64,000 bases of DNA from the IMG/VR virus record IMGVR_UViG_3300045988_089740. One strand, written 5' to 3'. Shown piece after piece: positions 15,733 to 24,486 of this stretch (its first letter is position 1; the number at the start of each line of letters is the position of its first letter). The position numbers were made by a program, and so were the translations under genes. This DNA comes from a virus. Below the pieces are notes generated by a model, which worked only from the letters and a program-made list of their open reading frames with translations, made no database searches and was not told the DNA's origin.

Positions 15733-15795
15733 TCCGGTGGTTCACGTTGGGTGACGATGCGTGGTTCAAGTCCACCCACCGGACTTTTTATTTTA
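15733..15795 (+). terminator. tRNA-like minihelix acting as terminator of the RNA locus
   Basis: TCCGGTG/CACCGGA 7-bp stem enclosing TCAC-GTTGG-GTGA hairpin and T-arm-like GTGG-TTCAAGT-CCAC, followed by CUUUUUAUUUU. Confidence 0.45.
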
Positions 15796-15845
15796 TAGAA
15801 AAAGGTTACTTGGTGATAGCTGTGAATGTTGGGAGGGTGTAAAAA

Positions 15846-16121
15846 ATGAAAATTCATGAAGTGATACGTCTGAGAAATGTATACGGTGGAGAAACGACTC
15901 TTAATGACCTTGTAAGTCTAATACAAGGAAATAGAATTCATAGATGCCCGAAATGCGGCGGAAGTGGAACTACTATCAAAAGAGTAAATCGTGCACAATA
16001 CTGGGAGTGTTGCGATGATTACAAAGAAGTGGAAGTCACTTGCGACCTATGCAACGGTGAAGGATACACTGAGAAAAGATACGAGCCTAGAATGGTGCAG
16101 GATGGATGGAAATGCGAATAG
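15846..16121 (+). CDS. DnaJ-type zinc-finger (CxxCxGxG x2) protein
   Basis: SD GGGAGGGTG; CPKCGGSG and CDLCNGEG motifs. Confidence 0.55.
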   Translation: MKIHEVIRLRNVYGGETTLNDLVSLIQGNRIHRCPKCGGSGTTIKRVNRAQYWECCDDYKEVEVTCDLCNGEGYTEKRYEPRMVQDGWKCE

Positions 16122-16273
16122 CAGGTAAAGAAATCAAAGATGAATGCTCCAAATGCGGAAATATCCTCGAATGCGAATTGTTCCGTCAGGGGCATGGAAT
16201 AAAACAGGAACGTGAGAATATAGCAAAGATGATCAAGTGCCAGATGAAGCACAGGGAGGAAAGAGAGAAATGA
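16112..16273 (+). CDS. 53-aa Cys-containing protein
   Basis: ATG 16112 overlapping upstream end; CSKCGNILEC; ATGA coupling to next gene at 16270. Confidence 0.35.
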   Translation: MRIAGKEIKDECSKCGNILECELFRQGHGIKQERENIAKMIKCQMKHREEREK

Positions 16274-16983
16274 ACGAATTGAAGGTATTAAATGAGCAGG
16301 AAGTGTTAGGAAAACAGTTTAAGGTTTACGGAACAGCAGAGGAACCACTGTTCCTGGCTAAAGATGTAGCGGAGTGGATTGAGTATGACACATCATCAGT
16401 GCATAAGATGCTTACCAATGTAGACGATGATGAAAAGGTTCGGAAGAATGTTCCGACCCTTGGAGGAACACAGGAATCATGGTGCCTTACCGAGAACGGA
16501 CTTTACGAAGTCCTGATGCAATCCAGAAAGCCGATCGCAAAGCAATTTAAGAAAGAAGTCAAAGAGATTTTGAAAACCATCCGTAAGCATGGCATATATG
16601 CTACAGACAATGTTATCGACAATATTCTCAATAATCCAGACTTTGGCATCGAACTTCTGACCAAACTGAAAGAGGAACGTGCTGCAAGAGTAGAAGCTGA
16701 GAGAAAGAACGCTATTCTGATGCACGTCAATAAGACGTATACCATTACTGAGATTGCTAAAGAACTGGGACTGAAATCAGCGATGCAGCTAAACCGGATT
16801 CTGGCAGAAAAGAAAATCCAGTATCAGGTGAACGGTACGTGGTTGATGTACTCCAACTACAGTGACTGCGGATATGAAGAAATCAAACAGGAAGTATTGG
16901 ATTCTGGAAAAGTAATCTACCACAGGCGAATCACACAGATGGGACGGGAGTTTATTCTTGATTTGTTTGAGAAAACAGCATAA
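16270..16983 (+). CDS. BRO-N / KilAC-type phage antirepressor
   Basis: FKVYGTAEEPLFLAKDVAEWIEY (Bro-N) and ITEIAKELGLKSAMQLNRILAEKKIQ..WLMY (KilAC-like); start at internal ATG 16270. Confidence 0.75.
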   Translation: MNELKVLNEQEVLGKQFKVYGTAEEPLFLAKDVAEWIEYDTSSVHKMLTNVDDDEKVRKNVPTLGGTQESWCLTENGLYEVLMQSRKPIAKQFKKEVKEILKTIRKHGIYATDNVIDNILNNPDFGIELLTKLKEERAARVEAERKNAILMHVNKTYTITEIAKELGLKSAMQLNRILAEKKIQYQVNGTWLMYSNYSDCGYEEIKQEVLDSGKVIYHRRITQMGREFILDLFEKTA

Positions 16984-17000
16984 TTAAAAGGAGAATCGCC

Positions 17001-17240
17001 ATGATTAAAAAACTCTGCAATCTATACATAAAACACAAGACAAAGAACCTCACAAGGATTCCACTGTTTACAATGACTTTTAACTGGCGGAAATTCCAGA
17101 AAGAAGGAAAAAAAGGCAGTTGCATAATGTGCACGATACATCCAGACATTGCAAAAGACCCAATCTTAAAAGAAAAACTCAGTGAATGTGTAGATCATAT
17201 CCGCAACAATTACGATATGGAAATATTTACCAAGATTTGA
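17001..17240 (+). CDS. hypothetical protein
   Basis: SD AAAGGAG then ATG. Confidence 0.5.
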   Translation: MIKKLCNLYIKHKTKNLTRIPLFTMTFNWRKFQKEGKKGSCIMCTIHPDIAKDPILKEKLSECVDHIRNNYDMEIFTKI

Positions 17241-17252
17241 GGGGAGGAAACC

Positions 17253-17591
17253 ATGAGGATTGAAGATATGAAGAACTGGACGGTAGATCAGCTGAAGAAA
17301 GAAGTTGTCCGACTATCTGAAGAATGTGAGAAAAGACAGCATGAAATTTTGGATTTACAAGAACACCAGATTGAGCTGGAAAGAGATTGTGATGTGATGA
17401 TGATGTATGGAGAACCTGAATTAATTAACGATGCGCAACCAGATAAAAAGGAGACAGATTTTGCTGCAAGCTTAAAAATGTATAAAGATCAGCATCAGTC
17501 TGACTGTATCACAATCAACCAGCTTCAGACCGCATTGGACGTAATGGTCGACCGATATGCAAATCTGAGAAAGATTCATGGGGTGAGTTGA
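17253..17591 (+). CDS. hypothetical coiled-coil protein
   Basis: SD GGGGAGG then ATG. Confidence 0.5.
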   Translation: MRIEDMKNWTVDQLKKEVVRLSEECEKRQHEILDLQEHQIELERDCDVMMMYGEPELINDAQPDKKETDFAASLKMYKDQHQSDCITINQLQTALDVMVDRYANLRKIHGVS

Positions 17592-17592
17592 T

Positions 17593-17754
17593 ATGGGCGT
17601 AGAAACAAAAAAGTTAGCCAGAACGAAGGGCGAGCCTGTCAAAGAAATTGCTGACTTTGCAAAAACACATCCGTACGAGTATATGAGAAAATGCTTAGAG
17701 CAATATCCGTATTGGGGAAACAAGGACAATGGTTTTAATCGACAGAAATTTTAA
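17593..17754 (+). CDS. 53-aa hypothetical protein
   Basis: ATG 2 nt after upstream stop; MGVETKKLARTKGEPVKEIADFAKTHPYEYMRK... Confidence 0.4.
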   Translation: MGVETKKLARTKGEPVKEIADFAKTHPYEYMRKCLEQYPYWGNKDNGFNRQKF

Positions 17755-17765
17755 GGAGATTTTAA

Positions 17766-17999
17766 ATGAGTATCAAATCAGCATTTGAATCTGAGGGAAT
17801 AGATTTCTCTCAGGTAATGAATCCACCGGAGCCGTGGGACGGACGGGCATTAATAAAGAACATCAATGGCAAACTGTGGTATTGTTGCCCTTTTTGCGAG
17901 AAGAAAGCACTTCTGATTAGCCCAGAGACAAAAATTCAGCATCTTAAATTGAAATGCAAGGGTAGCAACTGTAATAAAGAATTTGAGGTGAATGTATGA
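17766..17999 (+). CDS. zinc-ribbon protein (Cys-rich KTR-like)
   Basis: SD AAGGAG; CCPFCEKK...KCKGSNCNKEF, two CxxC-type pairs. Confidence 0.45.
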   Translation: MSIKSAFESEGIDFSQVMNPPEPWDGRALIKNINGKLWYCCPFCEKKALLISPETKIQHLKLKCKGSNCNKEFEVNV

Positions 18000-18517
18000 A
18001 AATTGTGGTTAAAAGGATTCCGATTGAGATCATCGAACTTGGAATAGAAACATATGCGCAGATTGATATCGAGGAAATTCTTCTTACATCTTATCCGCCA
18101 ATTACAAAGACCGTTTTAAAATTTTATACTGAGTACACTGCATTTGAATTCCAAAAGGAATATTCAGTAAAAATAAAAAATGATGATATGGTCATAAAAT
18201 GTTATATTGGAAGACTTTCAAATATTCTAATTCAAAAAGACGCAGGAGAAAGAACTGCTGTTGAATGGTATCCGGTTATATGCGATTCGGAGGTACATAA
18301 TGAAAATAATCCTTTGACTTGTTATATAAACCCACCTTATCCAGAAACAAAACTTGATAAAACTATAAAAAGAATCAATGAATCACAGAAATTTGATTCA
18401 GTATTCAAAATTGACTTTGATGAATTTTTTGAGCGACATACCAGAATGGAATTGGCACATATCGCACATGAAATTATCAATTATTTGGAGGAACCAGATG
18501 AATATAAAACGGATTAA
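17996..18517 (+). CDS. hypothetical protein
   Basis: ATGA overlap. Confidence 0.5.
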   Translation: MKIVVKRIPIEIIELGIETYAQIDIEEILLTSYPPITKTVLKFYTEYTAFEFQKEYSVKIKNDDMVIKCYIGRLSNILIQKDAGERTAVEWYPVICDSEVHNENNPLTCYINPPYPETKLDKTIKRINESQKFDSVFKIDFDEFFERHTRMELAHIAHEIINYLEEPDEYKTD

Positions 18518-18671
18518 ATGTATTTTAACAGGCGGATGTAGATTCCGGGATTCAGCTATTTCAGAGTGCGACGATAAAGAAAAGACCTGTACCATTACGG
18601 AAACTTGCTGCAAGTGTGGGAAGAAATATACAGCCGTATTTACTTACAAACAATTAGGGATTCCAGATTGA
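18498..18671 (+). CDS. 57-aa Cys-rich protein
   Basis: SD GGAGGAA then ATG 18498 (internal Met of track ORF). Confidence 0.4.
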   Translation: MNIKRIKCILTGGCRFRDSAISECDDKEKTCTITETCCKCGKKYTAVFTYKQLGIPD

Positions 18672-18680
18672 GGTGAATAT

Positions 18681-18992
18681 ATGAAATATGGTGTAGTGAA
18701 TTATCCCGTTAAGGTTATTGATGAAGAAATCATTAATGCACTGGCAGACATTGAAATACATCATGAAGAAGATAAACGAATTGTTTTGGTAGAATGCGTC
18801 ATGAATTACACTGATCTTCCGGAGGAATGCATTCTTGAAATTGGATATCTTAAAAGAAAATTCAAACTCATGCATACTGAATCTGTTGCATCAGAATCAG
18901 ATATTTATAAGTTGAAATTTATGTTCGAACGAGTAGAAGATATAAATAAAAAAGACGAGTGGTGGGATTCACTTAGAAGCATCGTGAGGTAA
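18681..18992 (+). CDS. hypothetical protein
   Basis: SD GAGGTG then ATG. Confidence 0.5.
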   Translation: MKYGVVNYPVKVIDEEIINALADIEIHHEEDKRIVLVECVMNYTDLPEECILEIGYLKRKFKLMHTESVASESDIYKLKFMFERVEDINKKDEWWDSLRSIVR

Positions 18993-18995
18993 TGT

Positions 18996-19280
18996 ATGAT
19001 ATGGAACGAAGAAATATCCTTTGATGGATTTCAAAAGAAGATTGATGAGTGGTACAAGGATAAAGACTTTGAACTGTGCGACCCACCTATCAGCGCTCAG
19101 TTTGCCTTAGACTTAATTTTCAAGACATTAGTAGATGATAGAGAAGATTATCCGTATCTCACAACTATGTCAGAAAACACAGAACAAACAAATAGCATCA
19201 TGCTTGATTTGATTCTTCGGAAATACAGTCGCAAATACAGAAAATACTTGAAATCAAAAAGAAAGATGGTAAGCAAATGA
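18996..19280 (+). CDS. hypothetical protein
   Basis: SD GTGAGG then ATG. Confidence 0.5.
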   Translation: MIWNEEISFDGFQKKIDEWYKDKDFELCDPPISAQFALDLIFKTLVDDREDYPYLTTMSENTEQTNSIMLDLILRKYSRKYRKYLKSKRKMVSK

Positions 19281-19366
19281 AAAAGATACCAACATTATTT
19301 GAGCGAGAATTCAAATACCACAATGTAAAATCAAGCGTTCAGATTTTGGCTTTGAATGGCCAGTAA
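19277..19366 (+). pseudogene. truncated remnant of a ligase-like (MKKIPTLFER...) gene
   Basis: 29-aa ORF MKKIPTLFEREFKYHNV...; a ...FGFEWPVKG segment continues in another frame, suggesting frameshift decay; family recalled from memory only. Confidence 0.25.
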
Positions 19367-19376
19367 AGGGGAATTT

Positions 19377-19541
19377 ATGAATCAAGTATTTATATTTCTA
19401 GTGATATGTGGAGCGGTAGTAGTATGGTTTCTGCTTTACAAATTATTTCAGCCACTAGGTAAATTATTGAATCACATTGGCAGAAATGCTATTGATGAGT
19501 TAAATAAAGACGAAAGTCAAAAAGAGGAGGACAAAAAATGA
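19377..19541 (+). CDS. small single-TM protein upstream of SPFH gene
   Basis: SD AAAGGGG then ATG 19377; MNQVFIFLVICGAVVVWFLLYKLF... Confidence 0.45.
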   Translation: MNQVFIFLVICGAVVVWFLLYKLFQPLGKLLNHIGRNAIDELNKDESQKEEDKK

Positions 19542-20491
19542 AGAAAGGACTTTTAGGTGGAATTGGATTAGCTGTTGCGATCATTGCAGGGCTTATATGC
19601 GTTGCGAAGTGTAGCGTAAGGGTTCCGGCTGGTTACATTGCAGTAGAGTACAAAATGAACGGAGGGATTTCCAAGAATGTACTTACACAGGGATGGCATT
19701 TGATTTCACCTACAGTAAAAACTTCACTGTATTCTGTTGGAATCGAACAGTCTTATCTTACATCTGAGGATAAAGGCGATTCTCCAAAAGACGAAAGTTT
19801 TAAGACGCCAACAGCAGATGGCAAATCTCTTTTAGTTGATTTGGAATTTTCGTACAAATTCGACCAAAACAGAGTAACCGATGTATTTACTCAGTTTAAA
19901 GGTCAATCCGGGGAATCCGTGAAAAATACCTTTATTAAACCCAAGATGAAAGCATGGACACAGGAAGTAACTGCAAAGTATCCAGTAACAGATGTTTTCG
20001 GTGATAAGCGTCAGGAACTGAATGAAGCACTTGACGAATATCTTAAACAGAAGTTTGAACCATACGGAATTATTATTGATACAGTAAACTTTACTTCTAT
20101 TTCCACCGATGATGAAACACAGGCTGCAATCCAAAAGAAAGTAAATGCACAGCAAGAGCTTGAATTGGCCAACATTGAAGCTAAAACAGCCAAAGTACAA
20201 GCCGATAAAGATAAAGAAGTTGCACTGATTGCTGCTGAACAGGAAAAAGAAAGAGCAGCTATTCAGGCAGAACAAGCCAAAATTGATGCAAAAGGCAAAG
20301 CTGAAGCTATTAAGATTAAAGCTGAAGCCGAAGCGGAAGCTAACAGAAAGATTGCAGAATCACTTACCCCTGAACTGATTGAAAAACAGAAGATTGATAA
20401 ATGGAATGGCGAGGTTCCGAAGATTCAGGGAAGCAACACTTCTACTATCGTAGACACAAGAGATATGACAGTTGATGAGAATGCTGAATAA
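19538..20491 (+). CDS. SPFH/band-7 (prohibitin-like) membrane protein
   Basis: N-terminal TM, GYIAVEYKMNGG..QGWHLISP core, long A/E/K-rich coiled-coil tail typical of SPFH proteins. Confidence 0.7.
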   Translation: MKKGLLGGIGLAVAIIAGLICVAKCSVRVPAGYIAVEYKMNGGISKNVLTQGWHLISPTVKTSLYSVGIEQSYLTSEDKGDSPKDESFKTPTADGKSLLVDLEFSYKFDQNRVTDVFTQFKGQSGESVKNTFIKPKMKAWTQEVTAKYPVTDVFGDKRQELNEALDEYLKQKFEPYGIIIDTVNFTSISTDDETQAAIQKKVNAQQELELANIEAKTAKVQADKDKEVALIAAEQEKERAAIQAEQAKIDAKGKAEAIKIKAEAEAEANRKIAESLTPELIEKQKIDKWNGEVPKIQGSNTSTIVDTRDMTVDENAE

Positions 20492-20518
20492 TAAATAAAT
20501 CAGTCAGAGAGCCACGTG

Positions 20519-20564
20519 AGAGCCAGACTAAATCCTAAAAGAAAGGAGGTCTGGCTCTATTTTT
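20519..20564 (+). terminator. hairpin-U tract abutting terL start, SD in loop
   Basis: AGAGCCAGAC/GTCTGGCTCT 20519-20558, loop carries AAAGGAG, then AUUUUU and ATG 20565. Confidence 0.4.
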
Positions 20565-22307
20565 ATGTCAAAAATTACAGAAGGCTCATTTGAATGGTAT
20601 CGGGCAGTCTTAAATCAAATCATCAGCGGAGATATGTCTGTTTACCAGAATCAGAAAGACTGCCTTGATCTGTTGTTAAACATGAACATTGATTTACCGT
20701 TTACGGAGAATCCGGAAGCACAGCAAATGGCAATAAAAGTAAGTAAGTATACTCATAACGTAGCCGCAAGACAAGCTGCACTGACGGGAAGCGGTAATTT
20801 TGATGATATCTACTGGCAGTGTTTGCTGTTGGAAGCACAGAACTATCAGGTTGACAGCGGACTCCTTTACCTTGAAAAGAACCGAATCCCGAAAGAACGA
20901 TTCTACGAACCACGAAGAAATGTGTTCTTACAACATAACATCATAGGGTCACTGCAAGACCTGATGGATGACAAATTAGATATATTTGCATTAAGCGTAC
21001 CTCCGGGTTGTGGCAAGAGTACTCTGGAAGATTTCTTTTTATCATTGGTAGGTGGATGGTTCCCGAATGACTTTAACCTGTCTTCAGCACACAGTAGCAT
21101 TTTGACACGTTCCCTTTATGATGGCGTTCTGGAAATTATCAATGATCCCGTGGAATACACGTGGCATGAAATATTCCCGAACGTAGAAATTCAAGGAACA
21201 AACGCAAAGGAAACTACAGTCAATCTCGAAAGAAACGGACGATTTAAGACATGGACATTTCGTTCTATTGATGGTTCTTTGACTGGTGCCACTAGATGCA
21301 ATAGATTTCTTACTGCCGATGACCTTGTGTCTGGTATTGAAGAAGCTTTGAATAAGAACCGACTTGATACCTTATGGACAAAAGTGGTAAATGACTTACG
21401 TTCCCGTAGACTTGAGGGATGCAAAGAGTTTTATATTGCCACCAGATGGTCAGTACATGACCCTATTGGAAAACTGCAACAACTGTATGCCGGAAACCCA
21501 CGGGCAAGGTTTATTGCAGTGCCAGCACTTGATGAAAATGGAAAGAGCAATTTTCTGTTTACGGTAAATGGATTCTCCGAGAAATATTTCAATGATGCTA
21601 AGGAATCCATGGATGAAATTTCTTACAACTGTCTTTATCAGCAACAACCGGTAGAACGTGAGGGATTATTATTACCGCCAGATAAATTAAAACGATTCTT
21701 TTTCAGTAAAGAAGACGTGCCGGATGGATGCGCGGATGAATACATCATCATTCCAGATAAAGATGCAGATGCAATATGGGCGGTATGCGATACAAAAGAT
21801 AAAGGAACTGACTTCGAATCATTACCGATTGCATACCAATACGGAGATAAATTTTTCTTTCCTGATGTGGTGTTTGATGACACTACAGACTATGACATTC
21901 TGGATAGAAAGACAGCAGATATTTTGATAAGACATAACCCACATAAGATTCGTTTCGAATCAAATAATGTCGGAAACCGCGTGGCACACAATATTCAGAA
22001 AATGATTACTGGAAAGTGCAGAGCTGAAATTGAGACAAAACCAACGTCGGCAAATAAAGAAACAAAGATTCTCGTAAATTCGGACTATATAGCAAAACAT
22101 TTTTATTTTCTGCATCCAAGTCAGTACAAAGCAAAGTCTGATTACGGATTATTTATGGCTAATGTAACTACGTACACTACTAGGGCAAAAGTACCACATG
22201 ATGATGGAATCGATTCTTTGGCTATGATGGCTGAGTACACACAAAATCCATTAGGCGGTAAAGCGACAGCAATGCAGAATCCATTATGGGGAGGGAGAAT
22301 GAGATGA
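20565..22307 (+). CDS. terL: terminase large subunit
   Basis: Walker A PPGCGKST, Walker B-like FLTADD, nuclease-domain pattern ATRWSVHDPIG; 580 aa, followed by portal. Confidence 0.85.
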   Translation: MSKITEGSFEWYRAVLNQIISGDMSVYQNQKDCLDLLLNMNIDLPFTENPEAQQMAIKVSKYTHNVAARQAALTGSGNFDDIYWQCLLLEAQNYQVDSGLLYLEKNRIPKERFYEPRRNVFLQHNIIGSLQDLMDDKLDIFALSVPPGCGKSTLEDFFLSLVGGWFPNDFNLSSAHSSILTRSLYDGVLEIINDPVEYTWHEIFPNVEIQGTNAKETTVNLERNGRFKTWTFRSIDGSLTGATRCNRFLTADDLVSGIEEALNKNRLDTLWTKVVNDLRSRRLEGCKEFYIATRWSVHDPIGKLQQLYAGNPRARFIAVPALDENGKSNFLFTVNGFSEKYFNDAKESMDEISYNCLYQQQPVEREGLLLPPDKLKRFFFSKEDVPDGCADEYIIIPDKDADAIWAVCDTKDKGTDFESLPIAYQYGDKFFFPDVVFDDTTDYDILDRKTADILIRHNPHKIRFESNNVGNRVAHNIQKMITGKCRAEIETKPTSANKETKILVNSDYIAKHFYFLHPSQYKAKSDYGLFMANVTTYTTRAKVPHDDGIDSLAMMAEYTQNPLGGKATAMQNPLWGGRMR

Positions 22308-22723
22308 ATACACGACAATATCTTGAGCAAGTGCAAGATTCTGATAGAAAAATACAGAATAAAATACAGGAAGAATACCGCTTAAGGCTTTTGGCAACCA
22401 GTATATCTTCTTTTTCAAATGGAGATAAAGTGCAGACTTCCGGCGGAAAAGACCGTGTTGGTGATGCTGTAACCAGAATTGTTGAATTGCAGCAGGAAAT
22501 AGCATCTGATGTCAAGGAACTGGCAGAATTGCAAATGAAAGTTTCCGGAGATATCAATGACATGGAAAACTCCATGTACTCATCCTTACTTCATAAGAGA
22601 TACATAGAATTTAAAAATCTGGTCACGGTCGCAGACGAGATGGGATATTCCGTACAGCATATCCGTTCCTGCCATGGAAAAGCCATTGAAGCTTTGCGGA
22701 AACAAAAGCATTTTGAAAGTTAA
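22304..22723 (+). CDS. putative late-gene regulator with sigma-70 region-4-like HTH
   Basis: ATGA overlap with terL; C-terminus YIEFKNLVTVADEMGYSVQHIRSCHGKAIEAL resembles sigma r4 / ArpU-RinA-like regulators. Confidence 0.45.
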   Translation: MNTRQYLEQVQDSDRKIQNKIQEEYRLRLLATSISSFSNGDKVQTSGGKDRVGDAVTRIVELQQEIASDVKELAELQMKVSGDINDMENSMYSSLLHKRYIEFKNLVTVADEMGYSVQHIRSCHGKAIEALRKQKHFES

Positions 22724-22731
22724 TATGTTTT

Positions 22732-22820
22732 AATATGGAATCATATGTTCTATGTATAATATAATGTAACCTGTAAAACGAGCATCGGAGAGTAATCCGG
22801 TGCTTTTTTAATGCCCAAAA
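22732..22820 (+). promoter_or_regulatory. late-operon cassette copy 1 (box, -10, hairpin, U6)
   Basis: AATATGGAATCATAT 22732-22746; TATAAT 22755-22760; hairpin GCATCGG/CCGGTGC 22782-22803; U6 22804-22809; AATGCCCAAAAAT. Confidence 0.55.
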
Positions 22821-22836
22821 ATGGGAGGTGTAGGCA

Positions 22837-24330
22837 GTGGGCAGAAATAAAATGAATTTCATTGACTTATGCCGGGGCGAATTTGGCCGCAAAATTGCCT
22901 ATACCGGTGTAAGCCAGATCACAACAGCAAATGTCATAAAAGTTATTTCTAATACAATCGGCATTCATAATAGAAACAGAACTTTGATCGATTACTTGTA
23001 CCGGTACTACAAAGGAGATCAGCCGATCCTTTATAGAGAGAAGTTGGTTCGTCCGGAAATTAATAACCGAGTGTGTGAAAATCATGCACTTGAAGTTGTT
23101 CGCTTTAAATCATCTCAGACATATGGAGAACCTATTCAGTATGTATGTAAAAAGAGCAGGGCTACAGAACGGGTGAATAAACAGGTCGATTTATTCAATG
23201 ATTACTTAAAAGAAGCAAATGCAGAAGCACGTAACATTGAACTTGGAACCTATCAGAGTGCCGTAGGAACTGCATATAAAGCTATTCTAAAAGAGGATGA
23301 TTGGACGAGCGACAGTGATATTTCTCCATTCAACATTTTTATACCATATCCTAGCGATTGCTATATTGTTTACTCTCGTAAGAACGGAAAGCCAATGCTC
23401 TCAGTGCAGATTCTTAAGGATGAAAACGAACAGCAGTATTATTTATGCTTTTCAGCAAAACAATATTTCGAGATTCAGAATGGACAGATTACAAAAACCG
23501 GCATCAATGGTTTTGGTGGCATCCCGGTAGTTGAGTACCCGAATAACCACGATCGTCTTTCTGATATCGAGATTGCGATAACCATGTTTGACACTATGAA
23601 CAACATGCAGTCAAACAGGATGGATGGCGTAGAACAGTTCGTGCAAGCCCTTATGAAGTTTAAGAACTGTGAGATTGATGAAAGCGAATTTTTGAAAATG
23701 ATCAAGCTCGGCGCTATCTCTGTAAAGGATACTGGAAATGGTTGCCAGTCAGATGTTGACCTGATGACCGCTGAACTGAATCAAACAGAAAGCCAAGTTG
23801 CAAAAGACGATATCTACAGCAACATGCTTATTGTTGAAGGTATGCCGGACAGGCAGCAACAATCTTCTGGCGATACCGGCCAAGCTGTATATCTCAGAAA
23901 TGGATGGGATTTTGCAGAACGTAGAGCAAAACTGGATGAACCATTTATCCGGGAAGCTGAGAAAGCAAGTGCCAGAATCATTCTGAATATCATCCGACAG
24001 ACCACAAAGGATATTTCAATCTCAACAAGAGATTTTGATGTAAAGATAACCAGAAACCCGACAGATAACATGCTTGTCAAAGCACAGGCTCTTGACTATC
24101 TGTTTAAGAATAAAATTCATCCGCTGATTGCACTGATTACTTGCGGATTATTTAGTGATCCACAAAAGGTATATGAAATGAGTTTGCCTTACTTGGGAAC
24201 TGTATATCCCGAACTGGCAGACCCGGACGCGGAAATGCAGAAAGCACAACAATTGATTGATAAAAACGGTAAGAATTCGGCTGAAATTGATTCAACGGTA
24301 AATTCTTCGGCTATCAATCAAAACTCGTAA
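22837..24330 (+). CDS. portal protein (SPP1 gp6-like)
   Basis: GTG start after GGGAGGTG (alt ATG 22852); LIDYLYRYYKGDQPIL..RPEINNRV..N.A..VVRFK pattern of SPP1-type portals; position after terL. Confidence 0.8.
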   Translation: MGRNKMNFIDLCRGEFGRKIAYTGVSQITTANVIKVISNTIGIHNRNRTLIDYLYRYYKGDQPILYREKLVRPEINNRVCENHALEVVRFKSSQTYGEPIQYVCKKSRATERVNKQVDLFNDYLKEANAEARNIELGTYQSAVGTAYKAILKEDDWTSDSDISPFNIFIPYPSDCYIVYSRKNGKPMLSVQILKDENEQQYYLCFSAKQYFEIQNGQITKTGINGFGGIPVVEYPNNHDRLSDIEIAITMFDTMNNMQSNRMDGVEQFVQALMKFKNCEIDESEFLKMIKLGAISVKDTGNGCQSDVDLMTAELNQTESQVAKDDIYSNMLIVEGMPDRQQQSSGDTGQAVYLRNGWDFAERRAKLDEPFIREAEKASARIILNIIRQTTKDISISTRDFDVKITRNPTDNMLVKAQALDYLFKNKIHPLIALITCGLFSDPQKVYEMSLPYLGTVYPELADPDAEMQKAQQLIDKNGKNSAEIDSTVNSSAINQNS

Positions 24331-24344
24331 ATTCAATTATCAAA

Positions 24345-24378
24345 GGAACCAAGGAATAACATCCAAGGTTCCTTTTTT
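24345..24378 (+). terminator. intrinsic terminator after portal
   Basis: GGAACC-AA-GG / CC-AA-GGTTCC hairpin then U6. Confidence 0.5.
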
Positions 24379-24486
24379 AATACAAAAAAAATAATGCAAC
24401 AGCCCGTGAGCGTAAATCGGGTACAGATCATGTGCGGAGCGAACCGTGTGAAAAAAGTGTGATGGTCTGAAAGAAAGGAGATTTCT

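Noticed and set aside
14371-15842. ORF-track entries 14371-14580(-), 14814-15134(-), 14822-15037(-), 15068-15445(-), 15417-15608(+) and 15624-15842(+)
   Set aside because: They run through tRNA genes and hairpin-dense RNA. They have no SD, and their Arg/Ser/Pro/Cys-rich composition is not protein-like.
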